A DNA stretch of 64,000 nt from Squalus acanthias (Eukaryota). The position numbers were made by a program, and so were the translations under genes. A model generated the notes under the pieces. It worked only from the letters and a program-made list of their open reading frames with translations, searched no databases and was not told the DNA's origin. Numbering within the stretch: the stretch's first letter is position 1; the number at the start of each line of letters is the position of its first letter. Shown piece by piece: positions 24,355 to 36,700 of the stretch. The stretch is from the NCBI GenBank assembly GCA_030390025.1, contig CM059436.1, forward strand, positions 13,330,001 through 13,394,000, written 5' to 3'.

Positions 24355-25195
24355 CTTGGGATGTGTGCAATGCTGGCGAGACTGCATTTATTGCCCATCC
24401 CTTGTTGCCCTGAGAAGGTGGGCTTCCCTCTTGAACCACTGCAGTGCTTGTGGTGATGGGGTTCTAAAATTGTGTTAGGTAGAGAATTCCAGGACTTTGA
24501 CCCAGCCAAGATGAAGGAGCAACAGTATATGGCCAAGTCAGGATGGTGTGTGACTGTGGAAGAGGACTGGAAGATGACGGTGCTCCCTTGGCATTGCTGC
24601 TCTCGTCCCTCTCGGTAGTAGAGGTGGTGGCGCTCTGAGGTGCTGTTGAAATAAGCTTGGCAAGTTGCTATAGTGCATTCTGTTCGGAATACATACTGTA
24701 GCCACAGTGAGCCACTGATCGAGGGGGTTGATGTTGATTCTAGTGGCAGGGGTGCCAATCAAGTCTACTGCTCTGTCCTGCATGGTGAAGCTTCTTGAGT
24801 GTCGTGGCTGCACCCATTCTAGCAAGTGGTGATTATTGCATCACATTCCAGACTTCAGCCTTGTAGATAGTGGAGAGACATTGAGGGATCAGCAGGTGAG
24901 CCACTCGATGCAGAATACCGAGCTTCTGTTCTTCTCCTGTAGTCATGGTGTTGATACTGCCAGTCAATGTATGCATCTGGTCAATAGTGACTTCCCTCCC
25001 CCTCCCCCTCCCCCTCCCCCTCCCCACCCCACCACCAAGCTATTGATGATGGGAGTGTCAGCAATGGTGGAGCCATTGAACGCTCATGGTTTGGCTTTTT
25101 CTTGTTGGAGATGGTCATGGCCTGGCACATGATTGTTATCTGCTGCTTGTGATTCCACATGTTTGCATGTTGTCCAAGCCTTGCTGCAGGCCAGC
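24355..25195 (-). mobile_element. CR1-group LINE (second family) 3' portion with internal (CCCCCT)n
   Basis: Minus strand gives GSKSWNSLPN and LSTIYKAEV motifs and is homologous to 16858-17158. A hexamer run lies at ~24993-25030. Confidence 0.75.
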
Positions 25196-25714
25196 ATAGG
25201 CTGCTTCTGTAAGATACAGCAAAGAAGTTACGGCTGGCCACCAGTGATAGTCTTTAAGTCTGGGTTACCTATTTTATAATGGGGCATTTGCTTAGCAAAA
25301 TGGGTATATTATATACTTGATTAGTACAGCTGCTAAACATTTGTCTAATAAGCTGTTTTAGTTAAAATATATTTGTCAGCACACAATGCCATGAATATTT
25401 ATTCATTTAAAATTGCAGATTTAAATATTCAATTAGTAGCCTCCATTATAAGTAATATGATAATAGTCTAAATTGGAGAAGTAATGAGGAGTGTTTTTTT
25501 TAATCACAACACTGTGTTGATTGCTAATTTCCAGAGGTGCAATAAACCAAGAAAGCAGTGGGTAAAATCTATTCCAGCATCAACTCGAGCAATTTGTCAT
25601 TGTTGTACAAAGCAAATACTGCCCGACTCAAAGTCAGTTAAATCATTGCTGTCTGCATTGGTTATGTCAAGCTGATATATCCTGTTCCAAAAGGGTGCAT
25701 ACCGCTATATTTTT

Positions 25715-25982
25715 TTATAATTGACAAAAGAACCAGAGGGGAGATGAGGAGAAACTTTTTTTACGCAGCGAGCTGTGATGATCTGGAGTTCACTGCCTGA
25801 AAGGGTGGGGGAAGCAGATTCAATGGTAGCTTTCAAAAGGGAATTGGATAGATATTTGAAAAGGAAAAACAAATGACAGGGCTGTGTGGAAAGAGCAGGG
25901 GGAGCGGGACGAATTGGATCGCTCTTTCACAGAGCCGGCCCTGGCACAACGGGCCGAATGGCCTCCTTCTGTGCTTATGATT
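25715..25982 (+). mobile_element. CR1 LINE 3' end
   Basis: gagatgaggagaaacttttttacgcagcgag...gggccgaatggcctccttctgtgc. Confidence 0.8.
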
Positions 25983-26780
25983 TAAATAACCCCAACCTGA
26001 TGTCAGAAATTCTTCTTTACAAAGACCTGAAATGGTCTTCTGGGTAGGATCGTGGGAGCAAAAATTCTGGGATCAGTCAAATAATGCTACAATGGGAGAA
26101 CCTTCAGTTCCTACTTATCTTTGTCATCCTACTGTACAGGGAAATGTGAATTTTTACCATTTGGTGGAGCAAGAGGCCACAGTTCCAGTAGTTTCTATGA
26201 CATTTTTCTGGCCCCTGCTGGCTTTTCTGATATACTGCATCGGGCCTGGTTTAGGAACGAATGCTTCGTTTTATTTCAAGAATTCCACTCTTGAGTTCGT
26301 GAGTAAAAATGCAGTTGATGATAAGAATCGTGTGCAGGACAAAAAGTTAAAGTGGAAGAAATGAAACGAGAGAACACAGAAGAAGGTGTGGCATAATATA
26401 GTCATTATTACTCATCTCAAAGACCAATTTTAAATTCACTAAGCTTCTTATTCTCTTAAAGGTGAGTTTGTGCTTTCTATTCCACTACGTGTGTACGGAT
26501 GATTTGTGAGCAGAACAAATTATGTATCTTGTGATAAAGAGTCCCACGAGACCCATTTTTCCTTCAGTTGCTGACTGACGTGCTGGGCATTTCTAGCATG
26601 TTCTATTCTTTTTTTTCTCCCTCAAGTATTATGGAAATTGTTTTTCACCCTCAGAGTCAATGCACGAGTATAGAAAACTGTACGACAATCTGCATTTTTA
26701 TGGACTGGACTTCCTTCTGAATAAAATCATTTAGGACTGTAAAACTGTTAATTTTTTTGCTAAACAAGTATCTGTACCAT

Positions 26781-27157
26781 CATAGAAACATAGAATCTAG
26801 GAGCAGGAGTAGGCCATTCGGCCCGTCGAGCCTGCTCCGCCATTCAATACGATCATGGCTGATCATCCAAATCCAGTACCCTGTCCCTGCTATAATCCCC
26901 ACAGTACACATATCCCACCCTATCCCCATAACCCCACATATTTAATCCCCCCTAACACTAAGGGTCAATTTATCATAGCCAAATCAACCTAACCCACACA
27001 TTTTTGGACTGTGGGAGGAAACCGGAGCACCCGGAGGAAACCCACGCAGACACGGGGAGAATGTGCAAACTCCACACAGACAGTCACCCGAGGTCAGATT
27101 CGAACCCGGGTCTCTGGCGCTGTGAGGCACCAGTGCTAACCACTATGCCACCGTGTT
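26781..27157 (-). mobile_element. HE1-type V-SINE with alternative CR1 tail
   Basis: Head and V-domain are nearly identical to 5713-5950. The 3' tail is ...gatcagccatgatcgtattgaatggcggagcaggctcgacgggccgaatggcctactcctgctcctagattctatgtttctatg. Confidence 0.9.
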
Positions 27158-27569
27158 ATCAGAAAATAACAGAGGCCGAAATGGGCCGAGATCGCAGTGG
27201 TGCGGGGAACCTGATAGTTCAGTTGAAGAAGAACTATAAGCTTCCCTTAAATTTACAGGTGTGTTTTTTTTAGATTAACTAAGTCAAGGGTCTTGGTATT
27301 GGGGAATGGAATATTCTTGTCTTTTTTTGTCATCAGGTCAAGTACCACACAGGCCAGGCATCGAACATATACTGTGCAGCCAACGAGATGCTGTTAACCC
27401 CACTTAGAGGAGCTCCTGGATTGCAACAGTAAGAGGTTGGTCACGGCTTCAGTGCAATTTGATATCAAGTGCCAATTTTGTGGCTCAGACCTACACCTGG
27501 GTTGAAACTACCCACACTCCTTTCACATAGGAACCCTGCAGCCAATGTAGAGAGATTTTTTTTTTAAGA

Positions 27570-27790
27570 ATTACAAAAACTTACAGCACAGCAGGAGGCC
27601 ATTCGGCCCATCATGGCTGTGCGGGCTCTTTGAAAGGGCTGTCGTGCTCAGTCCCACTCCCCCGCTTTATGTCTGAAACCCTGTAAGTTCCTCATCCCCA
27701 AGTACAACTCCCTTTCAAAATCATTGATGGAATCAGCTTCCACCACCCTTTCAGATCGAGCGTTCCAGATCCCCACAACTCTCCAAGTGT
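27570..27790 (-). mobile_element. CR1 LINE 3' end fragment
   Basis: acagcacagcaggaggccattcggcccatc...tcagcttccaccaccctttcag is the reverse complement of a CR1 3' end. Confidence 0.7.
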
Positions 27791-27889
27791 TTTCTGCTTG
27801 GGAAGACTTTCATTGTCCCGTCAGTCTGTGCTGGGTTTGAATCCGGGTCCCTAAGGTCAAAGGAGAATTCCTTTATTGCATATTTGAGC

Positions 27890-28318
27890 GTTAGCTTGAC
27901 GCAGCTGGTAGTATACCCACCTCAGTGTCAGAAGGTTGTGAGGTTCAAACCCCGGTGTAGTAGTGATGTGCTGTATGGTTTGAAGTGCTTTCCTGCAGCT
28001 GAGATGGCCCCCTCTGCCCATTCCTGTGGTTCAGTTAGATGTTAAAGATCCCATACAACTATTCAAACAGCAAGGAGTTTCTCCCAGTATGTTGGCTAAC
28101 ATCCGCCCCCACCACCCCCCTCCTAAATCAACATGACCAATAGCAGATTAGCTGGTCATCCACCTCGTTACTGTTTGCTGGATCTTGCTGTGTGCAAAAT
28201 GGCTGCTGTGTTTGTTTATATAACCGTCACTGTACTTCAAAGTTATTCATTGAATGTCAAGCATTTTGAGACACTTCTGAGGGACATGGTGAGGTACGAA
28301 TACAAATACAAGTCTTAC
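27890..28318 (+). mobile_element. Degraded DeuSINE
   Basis: tcagaaggttgtgaggttcaaaccc...gttaaagatcccatacaact...gatcttgctgtgtgcaaaatggctgc. Confidence 0.75.
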
Positions 28319-28457
28319 TAATCCACTGGATAAAAGGCCAGAAAATAACACGCATTCCTAATAACTTTACCGTGGGTGATTGTCACAATTTGAACTTTCT
28401 CCCAGCACTCAGAGCAGAGGGGAAGTTTCCAGAAGCAAGCTAAATGCCCTTTGAACT

Positions 28458-28753
28458 GAAACATAGAAACATAGAAACATAGAAACATAGAATCTAGGAG
28501 CAGGAGTAGGCCATTCGGCCCGTCGAGCCTGCACCACCATTCAATACGATCATGGCTGATCATTCAAATCCAGTACCCTGTCCCTCCTTTAATCCCCACA
28601 GTACACATATCCCACCCGACCCCCGTAACCCCACGTATTTAATTCCCCCTAACATATCCCATCCTATCCCCATAACCCCACATATTTAATCCCCCCCTAA
28701 CACTAAGGGTCAATTTATCATAGCCAAATCAACCTAACCCGCACATTTTTGGA
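28458..28753 (-). mobile_element. 5'-truncated V-SINE with (CATAGAAA)n tail and internal duplication
   Basis: Near-identical to 26781-27010; (aaacatag)x4 at 28459-28490; the atatccca...ccccctaac segment is duplicated. Confidence 0.85.
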
Positions 28754-29324
28754 CACTTGTGCCCTTATGCATGAAGTGAGTGGGCCAGGGTGCTGTGGGG
28801 CTGATATATTGCACTGAAAACAATGTGAGACGCTGGGTGTCACTCCAGAATCCCATCAGGTCCACGGGGCACCCCGAACATTTATATGACACCATGACCC
28901 AGGATTTGGGAGGGGACAACATCGAGGCCAGATGGGTGGGCAGGACTCCTGGCCTGTCTCAAAGCCAGCAGCACCACTGTACTGCCAGAATTTCTGGGCG
29001 AAAGAATTTGCCTAATTCTCCCAGTCTGCAGCCCTCATACAGGAACCATTTCAAACAGGTACTTGCCAGTCACCACACAAATTCTCAACTAACTAGTTAC
29101 TGAGTACAGCCCGTGACACCAACAAAGTGGCTCACCGACTCACATTGTACCTAGGAATGGATCTGGCCAGTTTTGTGTATTGGCTAACACCCCCTCCCCA
29201 TCCCCCCCAGAGATAAAGAGGTACCCTTTCAGTTAGAGCTAACCCCCTCCCCCACAGAGTCACAGGCTCCCGATCAGTTACAGCTAGACATAATCAGTTT
29301 TCCACTTGCTGTTATCTAAAATTA

Positions 29325-29765
29325 AAAGAAAAAAGAGACTTACATTTATATAGCGCCTTTCAGGACCACCAGATGTCCCAAAGCGCTTTACAGCCAATGA
29401 AGTGGAGTCACTGTTGTAATGTAGAAACACAGCAGCCAATTTGCGCACAGCAAGCTCCCACAAACACCCATGTGATAATGAACAGATAATCTGTTTTTTT
29501 TTATGTGATGTTGATAGAGGGATAACTCCCCTGCTCTTCTTCGAAATAGTGCCATAGGATCTTTTACATCCACCTGAGAGAGCAGACTGGGCCTCGGTTT
29601 AACGTTTCATTTGAAAGACGGCACCTCCGACAGTGCAGCACTCCCTCAGCATTGCACTGGAGTGTCAGCCTAGATTTTTGTGCTCAAGTCCCTGAAGTGA
29701 GACTCGAACCCACAGCCTTCGGACTGCAGAGGTGAGGGTGCTACCAACTGAGCCACGGCTGACAC
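29325..29765 (-). mobile_element. DeuSINE (SacSINE1-like), near full length
   Basis: Same family as 1117-1570, including the tRNA head (gtcagccgtggctcagttggtagcac on the minus strand). Confidence 0.88.
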
Positions 29766-30552
29766 AAAGTTATAAAAAAAACTCCTGATTTGCCTCACTT
29801 TGCTTTTGTCACAGTGATGATGCCACTTTAACTATTAATGTTACAGAATAATTGAACACAGAGGGGAATTTCTAAAAGCTGTGTCCAGCTCCCCCCTCCC
29901 CGCACAGACACGTGGCCATTGCAATGTGGTGCAATCATTGTCTGCCACGGTGATATCATTGACTGACATCAGGCTTTACGACATCAACAGCAGTGTTTTG
30001 GGGATAAATATTAACAGTTGAGTGTTGTCAATGTAATAAAATGTTTTTTTTTCTTTTAAAACATTGTTTCCTGCTGTGGAACTCGAGTTTAAAGCAAAAT
30101 AATGGAGCATCAAACTTTACCAAGACATGTAGGAATCATCTTGATTTCATAAATATGCACATACATACATAAAGAGCTGACAACTTAATCCCTTCTGCCA
30201 ATGAGATGCATGGGATACTAATCTCAACTGCAATACTGCCGATGTTTATGCCAGGTTTTATTACCAGGTTTTATCCTTCTCCAGTCATTACACCAGATCC
30301 ATGATTAACCTTGTGCATTGGAAGCCAAGTATTATCAAATTATTGTCTCTAGGTGGCAGCGCAGCACGCATTATAGAAAATGGACGGTGTTGCGAATAGG
30401 TTTCCCATCGTTTTCACTCTATCTTTATGTGGTTAGTGGTGGAAGAGAGCTGCGGGGACATTAGAATGTACACTAGAAATTTGTGCTTTTTAAAGAGAGA
30501 AAAAAATCCAGTCTCATACGTCAGTGCTTATTAGTAACAATGGACCTGTTCA

Positions 30553-30990
30553 ACTACACTCTCGCCTCTGAGTCAGAAGGTTGTGGGTGGATGCTCCACT
30601 CCAGACACTTGAGCACATAATCTAGGCTGCCACTTCAGTGCAGTACTGAGGGAGCGCTGCACTGTAGGAGGTGCTGTCTTTCGGATGAGACGTTAAACTG
30701 AGGCCCCGTCTATCTCAGGTAGGCGTTAAAGTTCCCATGGTGCTCTTTCGAAGAAGAGCAGGGGGAGATAATATTTATCCCTCGACCAATGTCACTAAAA
30801 ACAGATTATTTGGTCGTTAATCACATTGCTGTATGTGGGAGCTTGCTGTGCGCATTTTTGGTTGCAGTGGTTCCTACATTGCAACAGTGACTACACTTCA
30901 AAAAGTACTTCATTGGCTGTAACGTGCTTTAGGACATCCTGAGGTCGTGAAAGGTGCTCTATAAATGTGAGTTCCTTCTTTCATTCTTTT
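30553..30990 (+). mobile_element. DeuSINE (SacSINE1-like)
   Basis: ctcgcctctgagtcagaaggttgtggg...cccatggtgctctttcgaagaagagcagggg...gtgaaaggtgctctataaatg. Confidence 0.88.
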
Positions 30991-31554
30991 ACATAGATTT
31001 GAAATATGACCCCACAGTTGAACAGCTTGCCAATATCACGTTTGAATAATAGCCACTTGGGTGAGAAGCCACAGCACTGCTGATGCCTGTGGTTCTGTAT
31101 CCCTACCATAGTCAGTCCCTGGGGAGCCTGGGGAGGGCAATATTGAGCCAAAAAAATGATAAGTTTGAATGTTTTCATAATAAGATGCAAAAAGATAGTA
31201 TTTGAATAACCAGTACTTCACATTCAAATGATGTTTTTTTTATCTATAATCTATACAATAAAGTTTCCAATGGAACAGCATTAAGTGATGGATGAGAATA
31301 GGACAGAAATGGTTTTAAAAATACATTTGCTCATAGCAGGGTTAAAAAGACTGGATTAATTCCAGTAAATATAGGGGTTATTTTGAACGAGGAAGATCCC
31401 CTTAGGCCTTTCTCTGGATGATGCCAATCATCTGTGTTGGTACGCTCAGTATATCCTTCCCTACCCAGCATAACCTTCCATTATTCATTCACTGCAACAT
31501 CTTCCATAGTCATTGTCCAGACAGGGCTACACTATGGAAAATGTCGCAGTGGGT

Positions 31555-31650
31555 GAACAGGTCATCGACCTGAAAAGTTAACTTTGTTTCTCTCTCCACA
31601 GCTGCTGCCCGACTTGCTGAGTGTTTCCAGCATTTTCTGTTTTTATTTTG
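31555..31650 (+). mobile_element. Penelope-like element fragment
   Basis: aggtcatcgacctgaaaagttaactttgtttctctctccacagctgctgcccgacttgctgagtgtttccagcattttctg, homologous to 20840-20935. Confidence 0.65.
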
Positions 31651-32146
31651 GACAATTTCATTGCCTTGTAAGAAATGCTAAAGCTTCCATTTGTCATGAC
31701 GAAGGCCTGGATTCCGAAACTCAATGCAATCTGACAATACCAAACTAGGAGAGGACAGTGGAATCGGAAGAGGCAACTCAAGAATTACAGGATAAGTTAA
31801 ATTAAAAAATGTAACCGGGCAAAACAAACGCAGATGAAATTTTATCCAAAGAAGTGTAAAGTACCGCACAAAAGAAGGAAAACTATCCCATGAATGGTGT
31901 TGAGGCTGAAAGAGGCTAGAAGTATTAGTAGACTTGATGCCAAACATATCCAACCAACCAATCAGCAAAGCCAAGAGGATGTTGAACTACATAGCCGAAA
32001 CAGTAGAATATAAATTTGGGGAGGTAATGATCAAAGTTTAATGTGCTTCGGTCAGACTGCACCTTGAAACAAGAAACATTCAAGCACTGGAGGCAATGCA
32101 GAGAAGAACAGTGAGGCTGGTCCTTAGTGTCAAGGGTCTGAATTCA

Positions 32147-33972
32147 ATTGCATTTATATGGCGCCTTTCACAACCTCAGGAAATCCCAGGCAAATACTTT
32201 ATTCCTCCCCAAGAAGTGGAATTGCAGCAGTCAGTTTGTCCACAATAAGGTCCCACAAACAGCAATGAGAAAAACAGCTAGTTAATCTGTTCAGTGATGT
32301 TGGTTGAGGGATACGTGTTGGTCAGGACACCTTCCCTGCTCTTCTTCATAGGATTACATAGGATATACGGCACAGAAACAGGCCATTCGGCCCAACCAGT
32401 CCATGCTGGCGTTTATGCTCCACTTGAGCCTCCTCTCGTCTTTCCTCATCTAAATCTATCAGCATAACCCTCTATTCCCTTCTCCCTCATATGTTTGTCC
32501 AGCCTCCCCTTAAATGCATTTATACTATTCGCTTCAACCACTCCCTGTGGTAGCGAGTTCCACATTCTCATCACTCTTTGGGTAAAGAAGTTTCTTCTGA
32601 ATTCCCTATTGGATTTCTTGGTGACTATCTTATATTGATGGCCTCTAGTTATGCTCTTCCCCACAAGACCAAATATTCTCTCTGTATCCACTCTATCAAA
32701 ACCTCTCATAATCTTAAAGACCTCTATTAGGTCACCCTTCAGCTTTCTATTTTCAAGAGAAAAGAAACCCAGCCTGTTCATCCTTTCCTGATATGTATAC
32801 CCTCGCATTTATGGTATCATCCTTGTAAATCTTCTCTGCACCCTCTCCAGTGCCTCTATATCCTTTTTATAATATGATGACCAGAACTGTACGCAGTACT
32901 CCAAGTGTGGTCTAACCAAGGTTCGATACAGGTTTAGCATAACTTCCCTACTTTTCAATTCTATACCTCTAGAAATAAACCCTAGTGCTTGGTTTGCTTT
33001 TTTTATGGCCTTGCTAACCTGTGTCGCAACTTTTAGTGATTTGTGTATTTGTACTCCGAGATCCCTTTGTTCCTCTACCCCACCTGGACTCGCACCCGCC
33101 AAGTAATAAGTGACCTCCCTATTCTTTCTACCAAAATGTAATACCTCACATTTATCTGTGTTGAACTTCATTTGCCAATTATTTGCCCATTCTGCAAGTT
33201 TATTAAAGTCCTCCTGTAATTTGTTGCAGTCCTCCTCAGTATTGACTATCCCCAATTTGGTATCTTCCACAAATTTAGAAATTGTGTTTTTGATTCCAAA
33301 GTCTAAATCGTTAATATAAATTGTGAACAACAGTGGTCCCAGCACTGATCCTTGTGGAACACCACTGCTACTGTGAATATCTACCTTTTACCCCTACTCT
33401 CTGCTTTCTGTCTTGAAGACAGCTAGTTGTCCATTCTGCTACTTGTCCCCTGACTCCACATTCTCTGACCTTGTTCATCAGTCTATTATGGGGTATCTCT
33501 TCCCTAGATTCTTTTAAAATGCGTGGGTGCAATCCATCCGGACCAAGGGTTTTATTCTCTTTGAGTTTGATTAGTTTATTTAATATATCCCCCTTTTTAA
33601 TTTAAATGCACTTATCTCATTACTCATCTCATCATCCAATGTCATGTCCACCTGTTCTATCTCCCTGGTAAATACTGAAGCAAAATAATTATTTAATATT
33701 TCTGCCATCTCTCTATCGTTACCTGTGGTATTATCCTGTCTATCCCTTAATCTTCGAGTAGTGTCCTGGGGTCTTTTACTTTTGCCTAAGCAGGCCGATG
33801 GGGCCTCAGTTTAACATCTCATCCAAAAGACAGCACCTCTGACAACACAGTATTCCCTCATAACACTGAAGTGTCAGCTTGCATTATGGGCTCAAATGCC
33901 TTAGTGGGACTTGCACCCACAACTTTGTGACTCAGAAAGACGAGAGTGCTACCACAGACCCAAACTGACACA
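32147..33972 (-). mobile_element. DeuSINE split in two by a CR1 insertion (32147-32347 and 33751-33972)
   Basis: The 3' half ends at ccctgctcttctt(c) and the 5' half resumes at tcttcgagtagtgtcc. Intact copies read ccctgctcttcttcgaaatagtgcc. Confidence 0.75.
32348..33750 (-). mobile_element. Younger CR1 LINE with RT C-terminal half
   Basis: ORFs 32809-33345 (LGPLLFTIYINDLD...KFVEDTKLG...VRPHLEYCVQFW) and 32446-32808 (RRNFFTQRVMRMWNSLP); FADD is altered to FVED. Confidence 0.92.
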
Positions 33973-34201
33973 GAGTTACAAAGAAACACTGGAGAAATGT
34001 GGGCTTTTCAGCCTAGAAAGGAGGTAGCCAAGAAATGATCTTACTAAAGGCCTATAAGATTGTTAAGGATATAGAAAAATGTTATTCTGGAATATTACTT
34101 TAAATTAAATCATAGGAGTGGAACAAGGGGCTATACATTCAAACTAGTAAAAGGTAGGACTAATATCGGGAAATTCTTCTACACACAAAGAATGATCATC
34201 A

Positions 34202-34391
34202 ATATAACAACAGAAAAGGCTGGAAACACTCAGCAGGTCAGGCAGCATCGAGGAGAGAGAAACAGAGTCAACGTTTCGGGTCGAAGACCCTTGAAGGGTC
34301 TCTCTCCTCGATGCTGCCTGGCCTGCTGAGTGTTTCCAGCATTTTCTGTTGTTATTTCAGATTTCCAGCATCTGCAGTATTTTGCTCTTGT
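34202..34391. mobile_element. Penelope-like inverted-repeat insertion with 14-bp TSD
   Basis: ~56-bp inverted arms (34205-34260 / 34299-34354); flanking direct repeats AAGAATGATCATCA (34188-34201) and AAGAATGATAATCA (34392-34405). Confidence 0.7.
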
Positions 34392-35129
34392 AAGAATGAT
34401 AATCAGTTGGAATCGACTTCCAGATAGAGCAGTGGAGCCAACCCCCTGGAATCATTTAATAACCAATTCGATGCTTAAGTGGAGGGATGTTAGCATCTAC
34501 TCTGGATGGCCTTCCTCATCTGTAATTATCTTGTGATCTTGTGGCCTCAGTGTGATTGGCCACATAGCTTAGCAGGCAAGGAAATGCATCAGTGTAGATG
34601 TATTTACAATCTAAGAGTTACCTTTTCTCACTCTTATCACCCCCTCGAATTACACTGAGCGTAGCGGTAAGGCTAAACAACTGATCAATTTAGCACCAAA
34701 AATACAGCACTTTGACTACTGAAAAGAGGAGCGTCAATTTTAAATTAAAGCTGTTGGACAATTCTGTGCAATTCTATAATTCTACTGCTGTAACATTCAG
34801 TAATTGGAAATTGATAGGAAGTGCCCCAGAGCTATGGTGAGCTGAGCAATCATCCAGACATCAACATACAACATGGAAGCATATGCTAGATGAAAGTAGA
34901 ATTTTACGCTGCTTGGGGATGAATAAAGCGCAGCAGCAACATAAAGGTAAATCAGTATGGTATGTTTTGCCTTGTGCTTCCTTCTTCTCTCTGAAGTGCA
35001 AAGTGACAGTTAACATAATTTTTAGAAAAGGGCCATTATGCCCAACAGCCTTTCTATTTTTTGTATCATTTTGTACCTTACCTATCTACCTTATTACAAT
35101 ATCTTTCTTTGCAGGAACTACATAAAGAT

Positions 35130-35655
35130 GTTACATCGTCCACCCTCCATAAACTTGAACTCAGCCAAAACTCTGCGGCCCGTATCCTAACTCGCACCAA
35201 GTCCCGTTCACCCATCACCCCTGTGCCCGCTGACCTACACTGGCTCCCGGTCTGGCAACGCCTCGGTTTCAAAATTCTCATCCTTGTTTTCAAATCCCTC
35301 CATGGGCTCGCCCCTCCCTATCCCAGTAACCTCCTCCAGCCCCACAAACCCCACCGAGATCTCTGCGCTCCTCCAAATCTGGCCCCTTGCGCATCCTCGA
35401 TTTTCATCGCTCCACCATTGGCGGCCGTGCCTTCAGCTGCCTGGGCCCTAAGCTCTGGAATTCCCTCCCTAAACCTCTCCGCCTCTCTAACTCTCTTTCC
35501 TCCTTTAAGACGCTCCTTAAAACCTACCTCTCATCTGACCCAATATCTCCTTATGAGGCTCGGTGTCAAATTTTGTTTGATTACACTCCTGTGAAGCGCC
35601 TTGGGACGTTTTACTATGTTAGAGGCGCTATATAAATGCAAGTTGTTGTTGTTCT
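35130..35655 (+). mobile_element. L2 LINE 3' end
   Basis: ORF 35061-35594 reads QNSAARILTRTKSRSPITPVPADLHWLPV; tail gcgctatataaatgcaagttgttgttgtt. Confidence 0.9.
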
Positions 35656-36309
35656 TGCCGACTACAAAAAACTCCAGTAGAACAGATTTAACGGATAGCG
35701 CTAATTTTTCTTATGAGGCAGTCGAGCTGGGTATGACAAAATATCACAGTTGCTACACCAGGCAATGCAAACACAGCACAGCTGGCAAAATAGTACAGCT
35801 AACGTGGGAACACAGTTAGAAAAGGTTTCTTGGGGGAGAAAAATTGGGTTTGAGATTACCGCTCCAGATTTCTATTTGAAATATATATGTGCCTGCAGCT
35901 ATTCTTTGCTAAACATTTTCTCTGCCTTTTTTTGGTCATTGTTCTCTGCTGCATGCCAACCCACAGCAGTTGAATGGGATGGTGAGAGGCATGGACTTTT
36001 CCACACTGGCATCTTAATGCTGATCCATTGCTGGTTAACAGGACCAAGTGCGTTTCCTATTTTTTTTTGTACCTTCTCCTATTGGGGAACATCTCACTTG
36101 CCCCTCAGTGATGCACCTTGCATCCCAGACAAACAATGAATAAGCTTCGGCAAACTACAGCAACGAGTCTGAGGACAAGTAATTACTGGAGTTCGCACAT
36201 TTTAGTGAAGAAGTTAAAGCGCTCGACTGTTTGGTTCTGGTCACTTTCTGTAACTTTCCTAATCCTGATTCTGATAGCATGCTGAATGAGTTTGTTAATG
36301 ATTTGCTGA

Positions 36310-36700
36310 AAACTACTTATTCCCCCCTCCTATTGAAGGCTGGTTTCACGGGTGCCCATAGCTGCCTGAGGCCTTCCTCGAGTGGCCCTTTTTTCATCTG
36401 TAAGGCTGGAGTGAGTGACAGCGGGCTATTCAACTCTGGGGAGCTTCACAGCCAAACCTGATCCTGTCTTCATCCACTGGCAACACATAAAATTTCCAGT
36501 AAGGTCCCTGGATAGCAATTAGGAGCAAGAACCCGAGCTGATTTTTTTCCCTTCCCAAACCTGGAGGTGCTGCATCCGATTGTAGCACTCCTACTACAAG
36601 CCCAGCAGAGAGTGGTTAACCCAGCACAGACCAGGAATCAAACTTGGGACCTTCTAGTTGGAAATGGCCCAGTTACACACCTACGTTTTTAACCAACTGG
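36310..36700 (-). mobile_element. Older SINE-like repeat (second copy at ~55020-55390)
   Basis: Internal strings shared with the 55 kb copy (cacagccaaacctgatcctgtc / aacagctgaacctgaccctgta); tRNA-like head at the right end. Confidence 0.5.

Larger units (their letters stand above)
31690..34540 (+). mobile_element. Old CR1 LINE split by nested insertions (pieces ~31690-32145, ~33973-34201, ~34392-34540)
   Basis: Decayed ORF2 motifs (DNTKLG, QMKF..KCKV, VRLHLE, ALEAMQRR) continue across the interruptions into GLFSLERR, GTRG, KFFYTQR and SWNRLP. Confidence 0.7.

Noticed and set aside
28459-28490. Short direct-repeat array (CRISPR-like)
   Set aside because: The (CATAGAAA)n octamer is the CR1-type 3' tail microsatellite. 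There are no spacers and the context is eukaryotic.
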